From the human T2T-CHM13v2.0 reference genome, Homo sapiens, in assembly GCF_009914755.1 (NCBI RefSeq), contig NC_060930.1: 64,000 bases of DNA; one strand, 5' to 3'. Position numbers and translations under genes: made by a program. This document shows, one piece after another, positions 1 through 15,648 of this stretch; position 1 is the first letter of the stretch; the number at the start of each line of letters is the position of its first letter. The notes under the pieces were generated by a model. The model ran no database searches, was not told where the DNA came from, and was given only the letters and a program-made list of their open reading frames with translations.

Positions 1-394
1 AGATATATATGTTCAAGAAGTCCAGCACAGCATCACTAAACGATAGCACAATATCTGGAAAATTAAATGCTAGATAAATAGATTATGGATGGAAATTACA
101 GTATCTATGAGTGATGTAAAACTTACGATAGGCCCTAAGATCACACTGTGTGGGCTTGAAAATCACACAGCAGCATGTTTACAATATACAGACCCCTGGT
201 AAATATCAGGCAGCTAGCTCACAAACAGTAAATCAGCATGATCCCAGTTAAAAAATCTATATGACTAGAGACACTAAAAATGTTCATATTTATCGTATGC
301 GTGATCTGCTCTGCATTCTTTTCTGTATTTCCAGTTTTTCTAAATGAATATATACATCCCTTCTGTGATCAGGGAAACAATAAACAATTTCTGG

Positions 395-780
395 GGCATG
401 CCCTGGAGTCAGACTGCTTGGATTCAAATCATAGCTCTATAGCCATGCGTGGCAACATGCACTATAGTCCCAGCTACACAGGAGGCTGAGGGGCAAGGAT
501 CGCTTGAGCCCAGGAGTTGGAGGCCAGCCTGAGCAACATAATGAGACTCCGTCTCTAAGGGAAAAAAAAAAAGAAAAAAAAAAAACATAGCTCTATCACT
601 TTAAGATCTGCCACCTTGGGCAAGTTGCTTATCCTCTCTGAGCCTCAACTTCCTGTTCTGTCAAATGGGGCTAATAACACTATGCTGTTGGGCTGCTGTG
701 GCAATTGAATTTTACATGTATGTAAAGCACTTAGTACAGCATCTGGACCATAATAAGAGCTCATTATATATTAGTATTAT
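395..780 (+). mobile_element. MIR SINE interrupted by an Alu monomer
   Basis: MIR core motifs: ggagtcagactgcttggattcaaatc ... accttgggcaagttgcttatcctctctgagcctc ... tgtaaagcacttag. Confidence 0.7.
441..585 (+). mobile_element. Alu monomer (FLAM/FAM-like)
   Basis: Single Alu arm, A-tail, TSD catagctctat (430-440 / 586-596). Confidence 0.85.
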
Positions 781-915
781 TTTGATTTTAAAACAATAAC
801 CCCCCTCAACCAAACTTTTACAGTAGGAGAAACCTTGATCTTATTTCTATGCTAGAGGAAAAGCAGTAGTCTTCAAAGGCTGTAAACACAAAATGTTAAA
901 TATTCACATACATAT

Positions 916-938
916 TCTCTCTCTCTCTCTCTGTCTCT

Positions 939-980
<42 letters not shown>
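916..980. repeat. (TC)n(CA)~19 compound microsatellite
   Basis: Directly visible. Confidence 0.95.
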
Positions 981-983
<3 letters not shown>

Positions 984-1141
984 TATGTGAATATTTAACA
1001 TAACTATAATTTCCAACCATAATCTATTTATCTAGCATTCAATTCTCCAGATATTGTGCTATCGTTTAGTGATGCTGTGCTGGACTTCTTGAACATATAT
1101 ATCTTTTTTCAACATCTCTGGTTGTTTCCTTAGGACAAATT

Positions 1142-1196
1142 TCTCTGTCTCTCTCTCTCTCACACACACATACACACACAGACAGAGAGAGAGAGA
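1142..1196. repeat. (TC)n(CA)n(GA)n compound microsatellite
   Basis: Directly visible. Confidence 0.9.
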
Positions 1197-2118
1197 TGAA
1201 GATTCTCATATCCTAGGATCCTAAGAAATTGGGGCAATCTTTAATATGCATCTTTAAGGAGATCATCTGAGTTTGGTCAACCCAAGTCGAAGAGGTACGT
1301 TATATAAAGAAGCTAGATGATCTAAGAAAACAGAGGTTGTTGATCATCAGTTGGCCCATATATGCCCCCCCAAAAGGCTTTAGCCCTCCATGGCACAGGT
1401 GTATTTACAGCTGGGTGTGCAAAGTGCCAAGGAGGATGCCACTGGGTTTCAGAAGGAGCCCCAGAAAGGGAGTCAGGCTGCATAAGTTCTAGGACCCCCA
1501 CCTACTCCGCTGGCCAGCACCACATGTGGTCCCACAGGACTACACTCTCCTCTATAAGCAAAGGAGAACTCTCTGGGGCCCTTTCTAGATCTGAGGTCCT
1601 ACTAAAAAGGGTGACAACCTCAGCTCTGAACATTAGTTGTTTTATTTCAACTCCAAAGTGGGCTTCTACATCCCGAAACAAATGAAAGAAAATTAAAAGA
1701 TAAATAAAGCATTCCTGGCATCCATGAAAGCATTTGCTTTCCCTGTTCATGTTATTTCAGTAAATCTAGCAGTGTAGAAAGAGACAAATGAGCGCAGATT
1801 ACAAGGCAGCACCTGTTCGGAGCCCAAGGTCATTAGATGCCATTAGCAATGGCATAAAGACACATGCATTTAGGAGATAACGCAGCTCAGTGGGTTATTG
1901 CATCCTTCCTTCTTGACACCTTGTCGGCTGCTCTCACAGACCTGCTTCAGTCTCAGAGCCCAGACAATAGCACTAAACACGGCAAGGGCGTTAGCTGCAA
2001 GAGGCTGAAATTGGCTGAACCTGAAATATGAGTAAAGTCTTTGTATATGCAAAACAGAAATAGCCCTAAAAGGAGACACAACTATTTATCAAAAAGGTGC
2101 ATACAGAGAATTAAACAA

Positions 2119-2406
2119 GGCCAGGCCCGGCGGCTCATGCCTGTAATCCCAACACTTTGGGAGGCCAAGGCAGGTGGATCACCTGAGGTCAGGAGTTCAA
2201 GACCACCCTGGCCAACATGGAGAATGCCGTCTCTACTAAAAATACAAAAATTAGCTGGGTGTGGTGGTGCACACCTGTAATCCCAGCTACTAGGGAGGCT
2301 GAGGCTTGAACCCGGGAGGCAATGGAGGTTGCAGTGAGCCAAGATCGTGCCACTGCACTCCAGCCTGGGAGACAGAGCGAGATTCCATCTCAAAAACAAA
2401 AAACAA
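2119..2406 (+). mobile_element. AluS
   Basis: Dimeric Alu with a small right-arm deletion; TSD agaattaaacaa. Confidence 0.95.
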
Positions 2407-2509
2407 AGAATTAAACAAATGATGAGTTGATAGCCCGAAAAGAAGAAAAGATGCTCTATGCAAAAATAAATAAATAAAAAGTCACTGAGAACTAGCAGCA
2501 GATGATAGG

Positions 2510-2750
2510 CAGAAAAGTGGAGTAGTTAAGACAACAGGCTTTGGTGTCAGGCACACTGGCTTTGAATTCTAGCCTCCACCACCCACAAGCTGGGTAAATG
2601 TGGGCGAGTAGTTTAATCTATCTGAGTGCCACCATTTTTAAAAATCTGTAGAATAGTAACAGCAATAACTACCTCAAAGAGTTGTTGGGCTAATTCAGGC
2701 ATTCATTCACTTGATGATCACTGATTATGATCAGTGAGCTTCTAGGTGTG
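2510..2750 (+). mobile_element. MIR
   Basis: MIR-like core: ggctttggtgtcag ... tgggcgagtagtttaatctatctgagtgcc. Confidence 0.6.
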
Positions 2751-3022
2751 ACAGGCCCAGTTTTAAACACTGGAAATACACAAGTGACAGATGTAAGCAT
2801 GGGCTCTGCTTCCACAGACTTAACATCACTCTCAAATTTTAGTGAAATGAGAAAGACAAACAAGTATGTGTAAGTGCAATAAGGAAAAATTAAACCGGTG
2901 AAGGGGATAAAAACTGATGAGGGTGTTATTTTAGAGTAATGCAAAGACCCTGAGGGAGGAACATGTTTGCATTAAACGGTAAGGAGCTTAGCTCAGGGCT
3001 CATAAAACCATGTGCTCTAGGA

Positions 3023-3074
3023 GATGGTGATGATGATGATGACCATGGTGGTGGTGGTGGTGGTTGGTGGTGGT
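3023..3074. repeat. (GAT)n/(GGT)n trinucleotide tract
   Basis: Directly visible. Confidence 0.85.
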
Positions 3075-3539
3075 CTCATAACGATAACCAAACAAGCAAA
3101 GAGTACAAGGGATGTGCGAATAGGTACAGCCCACATTAAGTAAAGAAATGAACTGACAAAATTAGTATCGAACACAGGAAGTACTAATTAGAATCTTGAC
3201 TAATTTTCATTTATTAAAGACTGCAGTTCTATTTTTAGTTATATCCTTCAATCTAACATCATTCAAGAAAAGCTTCTCTCCAAAAATTCTATTTCAGGAA
3301 TGTAAATTTTTAAAAGTAAGAGTGTTCTGCATGCATGATTTCTTTTTACCCAGCCATCTTTCTGTTGGTTTTTAGCCTGCCAGTAGTGTGTATGTGATAT
3401 TTTAAAGACTTACTATGCAGGGTACTTAGAAATTTCATATGAGCATTTAAAATGGCAGAAATAGCTGGTAGCTTTCATTTCCACATGTACTCTCAGAACA
3501 GAGAAAAACGAGTTCTAATCCATGTCTTTCTAAGCTTCT

Positions 3540-4020
3540 AGCCTTTTTTTTTTAACTGTCTCAGGGTGAAATTCCACTTTACTTGTTTAATGATGCATAC
3601 TTTTGAAATTTTACAAAAATAATCATTCATATTTTGAATTTTTCTGCAACGTAACTTTTTTGGCTTCATATCAGGTTACTGAAATGTATCTATATTGCTC
3701 CTATATAGTTTTAGATCATTCACTTTCATTGTTGTATTGTGTTCTGTCATTTGATCATATCATAATTTGTTTATTTCACTTTAATAAACATTCAAGTAGT
3801 TTGGGTTTATTTTTTTAAACCATTATTAACACAAATAAAGCTGTGCTGGAGAGCCTCCATGTCTCGTGGTATACAGTACAGAAGTCTCTAGGAAACACCT
3901 AGAAGGAAAATTGCTGAGTCACAGGGTATACACATTTGTTTTTGTTAACTGGATAATACCTAACTGTCTTTCTAAATGGTTGTACCAATGAATATTCCTA
4001 TCAGCAGTACATAAACATGA
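3540..4020 (-). mobile_element. Old L1M fragment
   Basis: Degenerate L1 ORF2/3' motifs: ttgctgagtcacagggtatac ... aatggttgtaccaat. Confidence 0.5.
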
Positions 4021-4559
4021 AATGCCATTTTTCAAACTTGGACCAAAATATTCATTACTGGGAACTCCAGATCTCAAATAAGTCAAGTGTCAGTTCCATC
4101 TATCGCTTTGGTCAATTTCAAACTGTTCTTTGAACAAATCCAGACTTGAAGAAATTTCCATTCTGTTAAATTTCTAGCCAACTCATCACAATCAACTACG
4201 CAAGCAAACAATACCCCATAAGAACAACAATAAGTAATCACATATTGCTGGCTCCAGGAAGCAAAATGAAGACATTTAAATTAAAGCAAACATGCTTACA
4301 AAAATATTCTGGCTATCTCAATTAATCTGAACCAAACTAAGAATAATCTAGATATTTCCCCCAATCTTCTGTTCCCATTTAGTTCATGGCATTTTTATAA
4401 CGGGACTTGCCAGATAAGAAGCATGTGTGTGTCTGAGAACTAAGGAAAAAAGGATTGGTTTTACTGTCTCTTCAAAAACATATCCGATGTGAATAGACTA
4501 AAAACCATTCAATTCTGCAGTTTGTGAATTATATCCCCAGAAAGCTGGTATTAATAATA

Positions 4560-5170
<611 letters not shown>

Positions 5171-6952
5171 GTATGGTTTATTTATTTACTTAAAAGCAAA
5201 AGTGGCGGTGTTTTGTTTCAGTATTAGGTCGGGTTCAAGCAAACAGAAGGGTTATTCCTTCATAATCATATACATTCTGCACCATAGATTGAGCATTGCA
5301 CCATTTTTTTATTTTTATAAGCTATACCAAATTTCAGTGCACAAATGCTATAACAGCACATACTGTGGGTGAGAATATAAAAAATTGTGAAAGTCTAAAG
5401 TTACTGCTCACATTGCAACCTTGACACAACGACTCTGCAAAAACAAGGGCTTAAATTTAACTGAATATGCCACAATTCAGAAAATGCTACTACCATATGC
5501 CCGAGGGGACTGAGTCACACTTGCAGTTTAACTTCAACTCCTGAATTTTTTGACTTCTGTATGTTTAAATTCTCATCAAACTGCAGCTTCAACCTTTGTT
5601 TCTGCCACTGATCGCAGAATGCATCGCTTATCATTTGACGTAATCTCTACCATGAAATACTTGTTTTTGAACAGCCTAAGGTTCGGAGGACACTTTTTTA
5701 AATGTTAAATAAAAAACTGTCAACGATTACTGGGAATGGAAAAACAGCCAAGCCTCTTTGATGCCATCCTTATGCCTAGAAAAATCTTCCCACTCCCACT
5801 CCCACATCGATCAAGTGAGCTGCATCTCTTCCTTCTTTCAAAGTTCACCTTAATTCACTTCTCTATGATTCTATAATGAAGGCAGCTGTGATTACAGCAG
5901 AAGTGAAGAAGAGAGTACTACCTACCCTGGGAGCAAGTTAATTTATGGCCATAGGCCCACTAGGGATACACTGAACGAACTACATTTTTTAATGTATGTC
6001 TATGCAATAACCTGTATATGATTTTTCCATCATTAAGAATCTTCAACAGTCCCAGATGCAAGGAAGACAGGCCATCCTGGAGGGGGCTAGGGATTTAGGG
6101 ATGGCATTCCTATTATTTACAAGGCGCTGAGTTAGACAGACCATGTGTGACCATGGTGTTCCTGCTCAGAAGCTTACAATCGCTTTGGAGAGGCAAGGCA
6201 TTTATCATGCACAGAGAGCTGATAATAGCAGGCAATTTTTCAATCAGCATACATTTATTCAGCAAATATTTACTGAAGACCTACTAAATGCCAGGCACGA
6301 TGCCAGACATTAGGGACAAAAATATGACTAAGATGTGGTCCCAGCAGAGAAACAGATGGGGTTCCGTATAGTAACCATGTTATCAAGGAGTCATCAGAAT
6401 GCTACTAGATGATAAAAATAGCAGCTTTCCCCTCTTCGAAAAATGCAGAGTACACATAACTAATCCAGTCACTGAGTGAGCATTCTGGCAATGAAAAAAC
6501 ATATTTGGAATGAGAATAGTGATCTTCAGAACTCTAGGTACCAAGCATTCCAGATACATAAATGTTCTGATCCCCTTGAGTGGCAATTGACCGGCTGACA
6601 CTGAGGCAAACTTGCCACCATGGAAGATGTGAATTAAAACGAGTGATTGTACTAAGGTATAGAAATGGCACTCGTACTTCCTGTTTCATAACAGTCCTCA
6701 CAAGACCCTTTTTAAATGTCTGCCTTTCCTGATAGACTGCAACCTGAAAAAAAGGAAGGAACTGGGTCTCTTTTATTTACAGTTTTCCCCAGTGCCTAGT
6801 ACAACGCCTGACACATAGTAAGCAATTAAAAACATTTATGGCACTAGAATTTTCAATTAGCTGGCTGCATATTATTGCAAAGTTAACATCTGAAAAGGCT
6901 ATTAAAATGGTCATGTAAAGACTTGGTAACCAATATAATCTAGTTTAATAAT

Positions 6953-7274
6953 ATTTATTTATTTACTTTATTTCTTGTTTTTGAGTCAGGGTCTTCCTCT
7001 GTTGCCCAGGCTGGAGTGCAGTGGTGCATGTGATCTTAGCTCACTGCAACCTCTCTGCCTCCCAGGTTCAAGTGATTCTCCTGCCTCAGCCTCCCAAGCA
7101 GCTGGGATTACAGGCACGCACCACCATGCCCAGCTAATTTTTGTTTTTTTAGTAGAGACGGGGTTTCACCATGTTGGCCAGGCTGTTCACGAACTCCTGA
7201 CCTCAGATGATGTGCCCACCCACCTCGGCCTCCCAAAGTACTGAGATTACAGGCATGAGCCACTGCGCCCAGCT
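6953..7274 (-). mobile_element. AluS
   Basis: Full reverse-oriented dimer. Confidence 0.95.
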
Positions 7275-7323
7275 GGTTTAATCATACTTAATCAACTAAT
7301 GAATCAAGTTAACTTATGGATAC

Positions 7324-7719
7324 TGTTACTGGCTGAATTTTTTCCCCCCACAACCACTCAAAATTCATGTGTTGAAGCCCTAACTTCCAGTTTCTCAGAA
7401 TATAACTGTATTTGGAAATTGGACCTTTTGAGAGGTAATTAAAACAAAATAAGGTCATATGAAAGGGCCCTATTCCACTATGACTGGTGTCCTTGTAACA
7501 GGAGACTGGGACACAGACTTGGAGGGAAGCCCACGAGAGGACACAGGGGGAAGATGGCCATCTGCAAGCCAAGGAGAAGGACTTCAGAAGGAACCAACTT
7601 TCCTGACACTTTCATTTCAAACTTACTGTCTCTAGAATCATAAGAAAATAAGTTTGTGCTGTTTAAGCCACTCAGTCTGGGTTACTTTGTTATGGTAGAC
7701 CTCGCAAACTGACAGATAC
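7324..7719 (+). mobile_element. MaLR solo LTR (MLT1B/C-like)
   Basis: TG start, aaattcatgtgttgaagccctaac, gaagatggccatctgcaagccaagga, tttaagccactcagtctg end motif. Confidence 0.8.
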
Positions 7720-8125
7720 TAAGCCCTTGTTTGAGATGGAGCTGTGGCCCTATAAATGGCTATTTTAGAAAGACAATGTGAACTGGCAGCAACGGTACTG
7801 GAACAGGAATGAGGAGTCCATATGTCCACTTCTGGTTCCAGTCTGACTTCTTGGTCAAGCCATTTTTACTTCTCTGAGTCTCTTTCCTCCTTTAAATATA
7901 GAAGTTTAGATCACATGAGCTCTGAGTTTCAGGTGACCTAGAACTGTATGGTTCTATGCAGCAAACTCAATGTTACCTTCTAAGATGTGAGAGATGGCAC
8001 AGAGGTGTGTCTGTTTTTCCCTGGCTACACTGAGCCACTGGCAGTAGGCCTCCCAAACACTTCCCATCTGCTTCTTGAACCATTTCATACATATCACCCA
8101 ACATCCCATTAAAGACAGGGTCCTC

Positions 8126-8506
<381 letters not shown>

Positions 8507-9140
8507 CTAAGGGGGAGGTCAACTTGTGAGCAATAAGTCGAAGCAACATGAAGAAGAAACAAGGACAAGGTGAAGAATGGCTCCATACATTGTATAATTT
8601 TCATCTATTCCAACCAGAAAAGAGCTGCTCATTCTGATCAAAGATGTTAATGAGCCCTGCAAACAGAAATTACTACAATAGAACAGTAGACACCTTCATT
8701 AATTATTTTCTCCTGCAATATTAGCACTAATGATTAGAAAATCTTCAATAGCAGCACAAATAAAAATAAACAGACACCAATCCTTGGTACAGCCTCCGTA
8801 CAGATCCATACTGGACTGTTCATTCAGCACCCAGTATTCTGGAATTTGCCTATTAATGCAGGTGGAAGCAGTCCTGTTCATACAATATGACCCAAACTCC
8901 AAATTCAATGTGAATTTTTGGTTTTGATTTTTGGTTTATTTGTTTGTTTTGTTTTGTTTCCCCAAGGCCCAGCCGTGCCCGTCCCTAAAATCCATGGGAT
9001 ATCCACGTGCCCTCATCAAAATCCCCGTTTCTTAGAAGCTCCCTCTAGTGAGTTACTTTTACTGGCAATAAAGAATACTAATTAGCAAAACCATATTTCA
9101 CACACAAACAAATGCATTAGGATAGTCTTTAAAATAACCT

Positions 9141-9997
9141 ATTTCTTAAGCTTTTATTTTAGGTTCAGGGGTACATGTGCAGGTTTATTAAATAGATAAA
9201 CTCATGCCATGGGGGTTTGTTGTACAGATGGTTTCGTCACCCAGATACTAAGCCTAGTACCCAATAATTGTTTTTTCTGCTCCTCTTCCTCCTCCACCCT
9301 CTACCCTCAAGTAGGACCCAGTGTCTGCTGTTCCCTTCTTTGTGTCCATGAGTTCTCATCATTTAGCTCCCACTTGTAAGTGAGAACATGCAGTATTTAG
9401 TTTTTTGTTCCTGTGATAGTTTGCTAAGGATAATGGCCTCCAGCTCCTTCCATACTCCTGCAAAAGACATGATCTCATTCCTTTTTTATGGCTGCATAGT
9501 ATTCCATGGTAATATGTACCACATTTTTTTTGTCCAATCTGTCATTGATGGGCATTTAGGTTGATTCTGTGTCTTTGCTACTGTGAATAGTGCTGCAATG
9601 AACATTTGCGTGCATGTGTCTAAATTTATGGTAGAATGATTTATATTCCTCTGGGTAGATACCCAGTAATGGGATTGCTGGGTCGAATGGTAGTTCTGCT
9701 TTTAGCTCTTTGCAGAATTGCCACACTGCCTTCCACAATGGCTGAACTAATTTGTACACTCACCAACAGTGTATAAGTGTTCCCTTTCTCCGCAACCTCA
9801 TCAGCATCCAACTGGTTATTTTTTGACTTTTTAACAACAGCCATTCTGACTGGTATGAGATAGTATCTCATTGTGCTTTTGATTTGCGTTGCTCTAATGA
9901 CCAGCGATATTGAGCTGCTTTTCATATTCTTATTGGCCATATGTCTTCTTTTGAAAAGTGTCTGTTCATGTCCTTTGCTCACTTTTTCATGGGGTTG
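9141..9997 (-). mobile_element. 5'-truncated L1 (L1PB/old L1PA) 3' end
   Basis: ORF2p C-terminal remnants in the ORF track (LVQPLWKAVW...ELPFDPAIPLLGIYP), L1 3'UTR, TSD aaa(a/g)taacct. Confidence 0.9.
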
Positions 9998-10004
9998 AAA
10001 GTAA

Positions 10005-10610
<606 letters not shown>

Positions 10611-11729
10611 TCAAAAATTTCTTAATGTTGCCTTCTTAGAGTCTGTATAACCTTCTTCTGGAAAGGGCAATTTTTTTTAACATCTTGCCCATTTATTAGA
10701 TATTATAAAGGTTAAGATGAAAATGCTTCCCAAGGGCCTGCCATGTTTTTCCTGTCATATAAATCATGTCTGTACGGGCAGAATCACAAAGCTAGAATGG
10801 GTCTGAGGACTCCTCCTCTCAGGCAACTTCCTTCCAACTGTGGGCATTCCCTTGGGTGCCCTCTTACACTCACTGATTCACCCAACATTCACTTGGGCAC
10901 TTCTGCATTGTATGACTCTCTTGAGGCAAACAGGAAAAACCTGTATCTGCCCTCAAGGGGAGTCCCTCCTAGAGGAGGACACTAGCCATACCGTTGTTAT
11001 GCTGAAGTTGCGAGGTCCATTTACAGAACCAGCCTTATCACTTAGCAATATAGCCCACATACCCATAAAAAAATTCAAGGGCCTAAGTGAGTGGATGATA
11101 ATGTGGTCCAAAGGTGTGCACAGACATATGCTGAGTCACTTAGTGGGCTGATCAACAGGGGATTCATGGAGGAAAAGCTAACAGAAGTGACCACTCCAAT
11201 GCATTGATGATATCAGAGCATGACAGGTCAAGAGAGCCTCCTGCAAGTCATCATCTGCTCAACTGTGAATCGGCATCTGAGAAAATAAGCAACAACCTTA
11301 CCTCCCAAACACCAACATTAAAGCAATGCATTATTAAAATGGAGGTTCTCAGGTAGTAAATGAACACTTTAAAACTCATGCAATCATAAACATTAGAATA
11401 TGCAGCAAAGAGATAATGATACTTGTCAGAAGATATTAAGACGACATGGCAATAAAAGGAATCTGTTCACAGAGAGAATGATTCTAAATACAAAATGGTC
11501 AGATTGATACTCAGAAGTATTGCTATTAATAGAAATAATATTAGAGAGGTTTCATTATGTAAATGGCTCATGTGTCTGCCAGAAATGTACCCAGTAATAA
11601 TTTGCATTTCTGCTATAGTGAAAATTTCAGGGATGTCTCTTTGTTGGCTTATGAAGGACCCTTTCATTGGTAAGCCACAGTTTTTATAATCATGATAAGA
11701 AGGATCACCTATGCTCTTTGTTGATAATA

Positions 11730-11930
11730 ATAATAACTAATAAGACACTCGTGTGTGCCTGGCACTGCGCTGACTGCCGTATGTGCAGCAGTCCTGTGAG
11801 GCAGGATTATTATTCATGTTTTAAAGCTGAGAAAACAGAGGCTTAGGTCAACTTTCCCAGGGTCTTAAAGACGATAAATTATGGAGGCTGGATTTGAACT
11901 TGAGTCTTTCTGACTCCATGCCCACTCTCC
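11730..11930 (-). mobile_element. MIR
   Basis: gagaaaacagaggcttaggtcaactttcccagggtc ... ggatttgaacttgagtct. Confidence 0.6.
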
Positions 11931-13422
11931 TTCCACTTGCAGCGTAAACACAGTGGCTCAAACTCTGTGGCTTCATGAATATAATGTTTCACAGGGTATG
12001 CAGTGATCTTATAAGTAGAAATGGGTCTAGAAAGATGGACACTCCTGGACACTGCATTGCAAATCTCGCTATCTGCTTTCACTCACTGACACCTATATTT
12101 GCCCCTTGAGTCCCTTGAATATTGGTGCCACACTCTGCTCAGCTCTTGATATGGTGCAAAGCACTAAAATCACACAGGTGTCACAGCCAAAAATTCTGTA
12201 TCATTCCAAAGCTGACTTGTCCCCCATCAGTCCCAACTCTGCCCCAGAAGTCTCACTGAAATAAAGTCTCCAGGATACCTGTCTTGCCACTCCTCATTCA
12301 CATCCTTGGTTTTATGACCCACACTTCTATAGGACTCTCCCTTCTTTAGTTCTAATTATTAAAAGCAGGGTTCTGAAATCCCAAGGTGATTGCAAAACTC
12401 CCATCTCAGCCACAAATCTTCATTAGAATGGCTAATCAATAAGAGTTTTGTTTCAGATCCCACCACTTTATTTCCTCTGTATGTTTTTTGAAGAATTTTT
12501 CAATTTGCCATGATATAACTAAAACTCAAGCATCAACAGGAAAGAGGAAGAGAAGAGCTCAGAAATAAGCCACTAGTGCTCGAAAATAGGGCATGTGATG
12601 TTAGAGCTGGTTTAGAATCCATGCTCCACTGCATCGTAGCTATGGTGGGGCATGGATTCTTATTATTAATTAGTCTCATTCCTTCACTTTTGTCTCACAC
12701 CACCTGTAAAACAAAAGCAATAATGCTTACTTCATGGGGTAGTGAGGAGGTTTAAATGAGAGGCTACAGCTAATGCTCTTAATGAGATGCCTTCCTTTTC
12801 CTCTCTGGCCAGTGAGGGGTGGATCATGTAACAACCTCCTTTCCCTATTCACTCTTCTTCCCCAACTAATCCCCTCAGCCACTGGCACCATGTTCCGCAT
12901 GTTAGAGGCATCCTTCCTGGGGCAGTGAGACACATCCTGAATCAGCCTTGTCACCCTAAAGGGGACCTTGCAACGTTTGCTCGTGGGTCGACAACACCAC
13001 ACAGAGCTGACATGAGGATGACATGTGACAAGATGACTTAGAGCCTGCTAAATGAACACATGAGCTAAATGCTAGGTACCACTGTGCTTTCCATGAGATT
13101 GTTAGGCAGAAGGAAAACACTGAATCTTTGCTCTCCAAAGTTTTGATTTGAATTCACACAGGCAAGATTCTTGTCAATGACCCAGAATCACTTAAGCCCC
13201 GAGGGGGCCATGCCACCAGCACAGCAGGGCCAGATCATGAAGCCCCACTGGGATGCGGGGTTGGGGGCTGTAAGGGTCTCGCTGTCAAGATGTGGCCCCA
13301 CCAGTGCTAAGTTTATAGTGCTCCAAAAGCCAGGAGGGGGGTTAAGAAAAAAAAAATGCAAAAAACAAGAATTACCATGCCACAAACATGAACCTCTACA
13401 GAACCTAGAAAATGTGAAATTG

Positions 13423-13704
<282 letters not shown>

Positions 13705-15099
13705 GAAAATGTGAAATTGTTAAGACAATTTGGAGTTTAAGGGAAAAGCACATTTTTGAAAGTGGAAAATAGATGAGAAACATAAATACATTTGCTACGC
13801 ATTGTTACAGTCTGTTATTGATATATGGTCATTTTGTTATAAAGAAACATTTAAAAGGAGGCATGTTTCACCTGTTAACTTGTTTACTTCATAAGATTCT
13901 CTTGTTGGGTAGATTTACAGATTTAAGGCACTGCCATAAATCTTTTCAAAACAAGGAAGATTATAAACAAGGTAATTAATTAATTATTTAATTAATTCGG
14001 CAAACAAGTCACCCATTGACAAGCCTAGAAAAAAATGCCACCCAATGTTTGTTTTATCAGTTTTCTTTTCCAGTTTTGGAAGGGAAAGCCCTTGAAACAA
14101 ACATGACCACACGACCCATATGAGTCCTCATTGTAATGTTTTTCCCCAAGCACCCACAATTCCAGGTCCTCCCAATTTGCTTCCAGTTCTTGCCCAAGTT
14201 TAAACTCTTAACCAATGCCTACTATCTGCAGCCTCAAAGGGAGCTGAGTACTTGCCAACAGACACCGCCACCTCCCCTCCCTGAGGTTCCTGCCTTGCGA
14301 GAGTGTGTCATGTGGCTGCCAGGGCAAGGCAGAAGTGTAGGAAAAGGCACATCTCACAGGTTGTCCAGGAGGATTAGAGCAAATATGTCCAGAGCAGTTT
14401 CAAGTTGACTATAGAACCAAGGCTCCGAGCTAATTAATAGAAAGTGAAGCAATGATAGTGACAGCTCAAGGCAAGGGTGTGAAGCTCATGTCATTCGGTA
14501 AAGACAGTCCAAGGAAAAAGGACATTTACGCTTGCACCTTATTTGCTTTGCAGACTAACACATTTCTGTTAGAAATATGTCTTTACACTCCAGAGAGATG
14601 TTACAAGGTGTCGGCCTGCTACTAATTACAGCAAGCCCGCACTACAGCTAACAATATAACTCTAAATTCACTTGCTTCTGATTACCTACCTGTCATATGA
14701 AAGGCTATTCTTCACTCCAGTTGAACAAACCTATTAGATGTCTGGTTTCTTGATGTTTAACTCTCACAAGCAATTATCTCCAGCTTGAAATGCCCTTTTG
14801 TCTTCTTTATACAATCACTACTCTTTCTTCTTAGAAAACACAGTTTAAACCACTTCCTCCCTTAATCCATCTAAACTAACCCCATCTAGTTCTGGCATCC
14901 ATGCAATCAATAGATTTAGCATTTACTTAGCAAGCACTACCATGGATTTCTCTGTAATGAAAAAGTTAATCCTACATATGCCTTATATGTAATCTTGAGC
15001 AGGTTCTCCTCTTTTCTGGGCCTCGGTTTTCTCATCTGTAGGAGGATAATACTCCCTACCTCATAGGGTTGTTTCTGAGAATTAAACATTTATTTTTAA

Positions 15100-15460
15100 A
15101 AAAACAGCTTTATTAAGATTTAATTTACATATAACTCAAGTGTATAACTCAAATGTTTTTTAGTATAGTCACTGTTTTGTAAAACCAACATCACAATCTA
15201 ATTTTAGATTTTCTTCTCCAAAAAAGAAACCCTGTGTACATTAGCAGTCACTCTGCATTCCTCTCCCACCTCCGGCCTCTGCAACCCCCAAACTAACTTC
15301 TGTCTCTATGGATTTGTCTATTCTGGACCTTTCATATAAATGAAATTGAAGTATGTGGTCTCTCAATTCACATGATGTTTTGAGGTTCATCTATGTTGTA
15401 GCATGTATTAATACTTTGCTTACTGGTTGTTTTTTTCCTGATCAATATTCCATTAAACAT
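15100..15460 (-). mobile_element. L1MB/MC 3' fragment
   Basis: cagctttattaagatttaatttacatata ... tctgtctctatggatttgtctattctggacctttcatataaatg. Confidence 0.7.
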
Positions 15461-15648
15461 TTATTTTGCGTGTGTGTGTGTGAGGAGGATACATATTTCA
15501 TGAGTGCAGAGTGCTCAGCTCAGTACTTGGAGACACAGCACTCTGAAAATGTCTGTAGCTTTCATTACCATTGGCATTATTACTATCGTTTTGTCACTTT
15601 TGTTTACAATTGCACTGGTCTCCACCAGTTGATTATTAAGCTCTAGAG

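Noticed and set aside
6615-6637. Perfect Kozak gccaccATGG on the plus strand
   Set aside because: Followed by a stop after five codons (MEDVN) with no promoter evidence.
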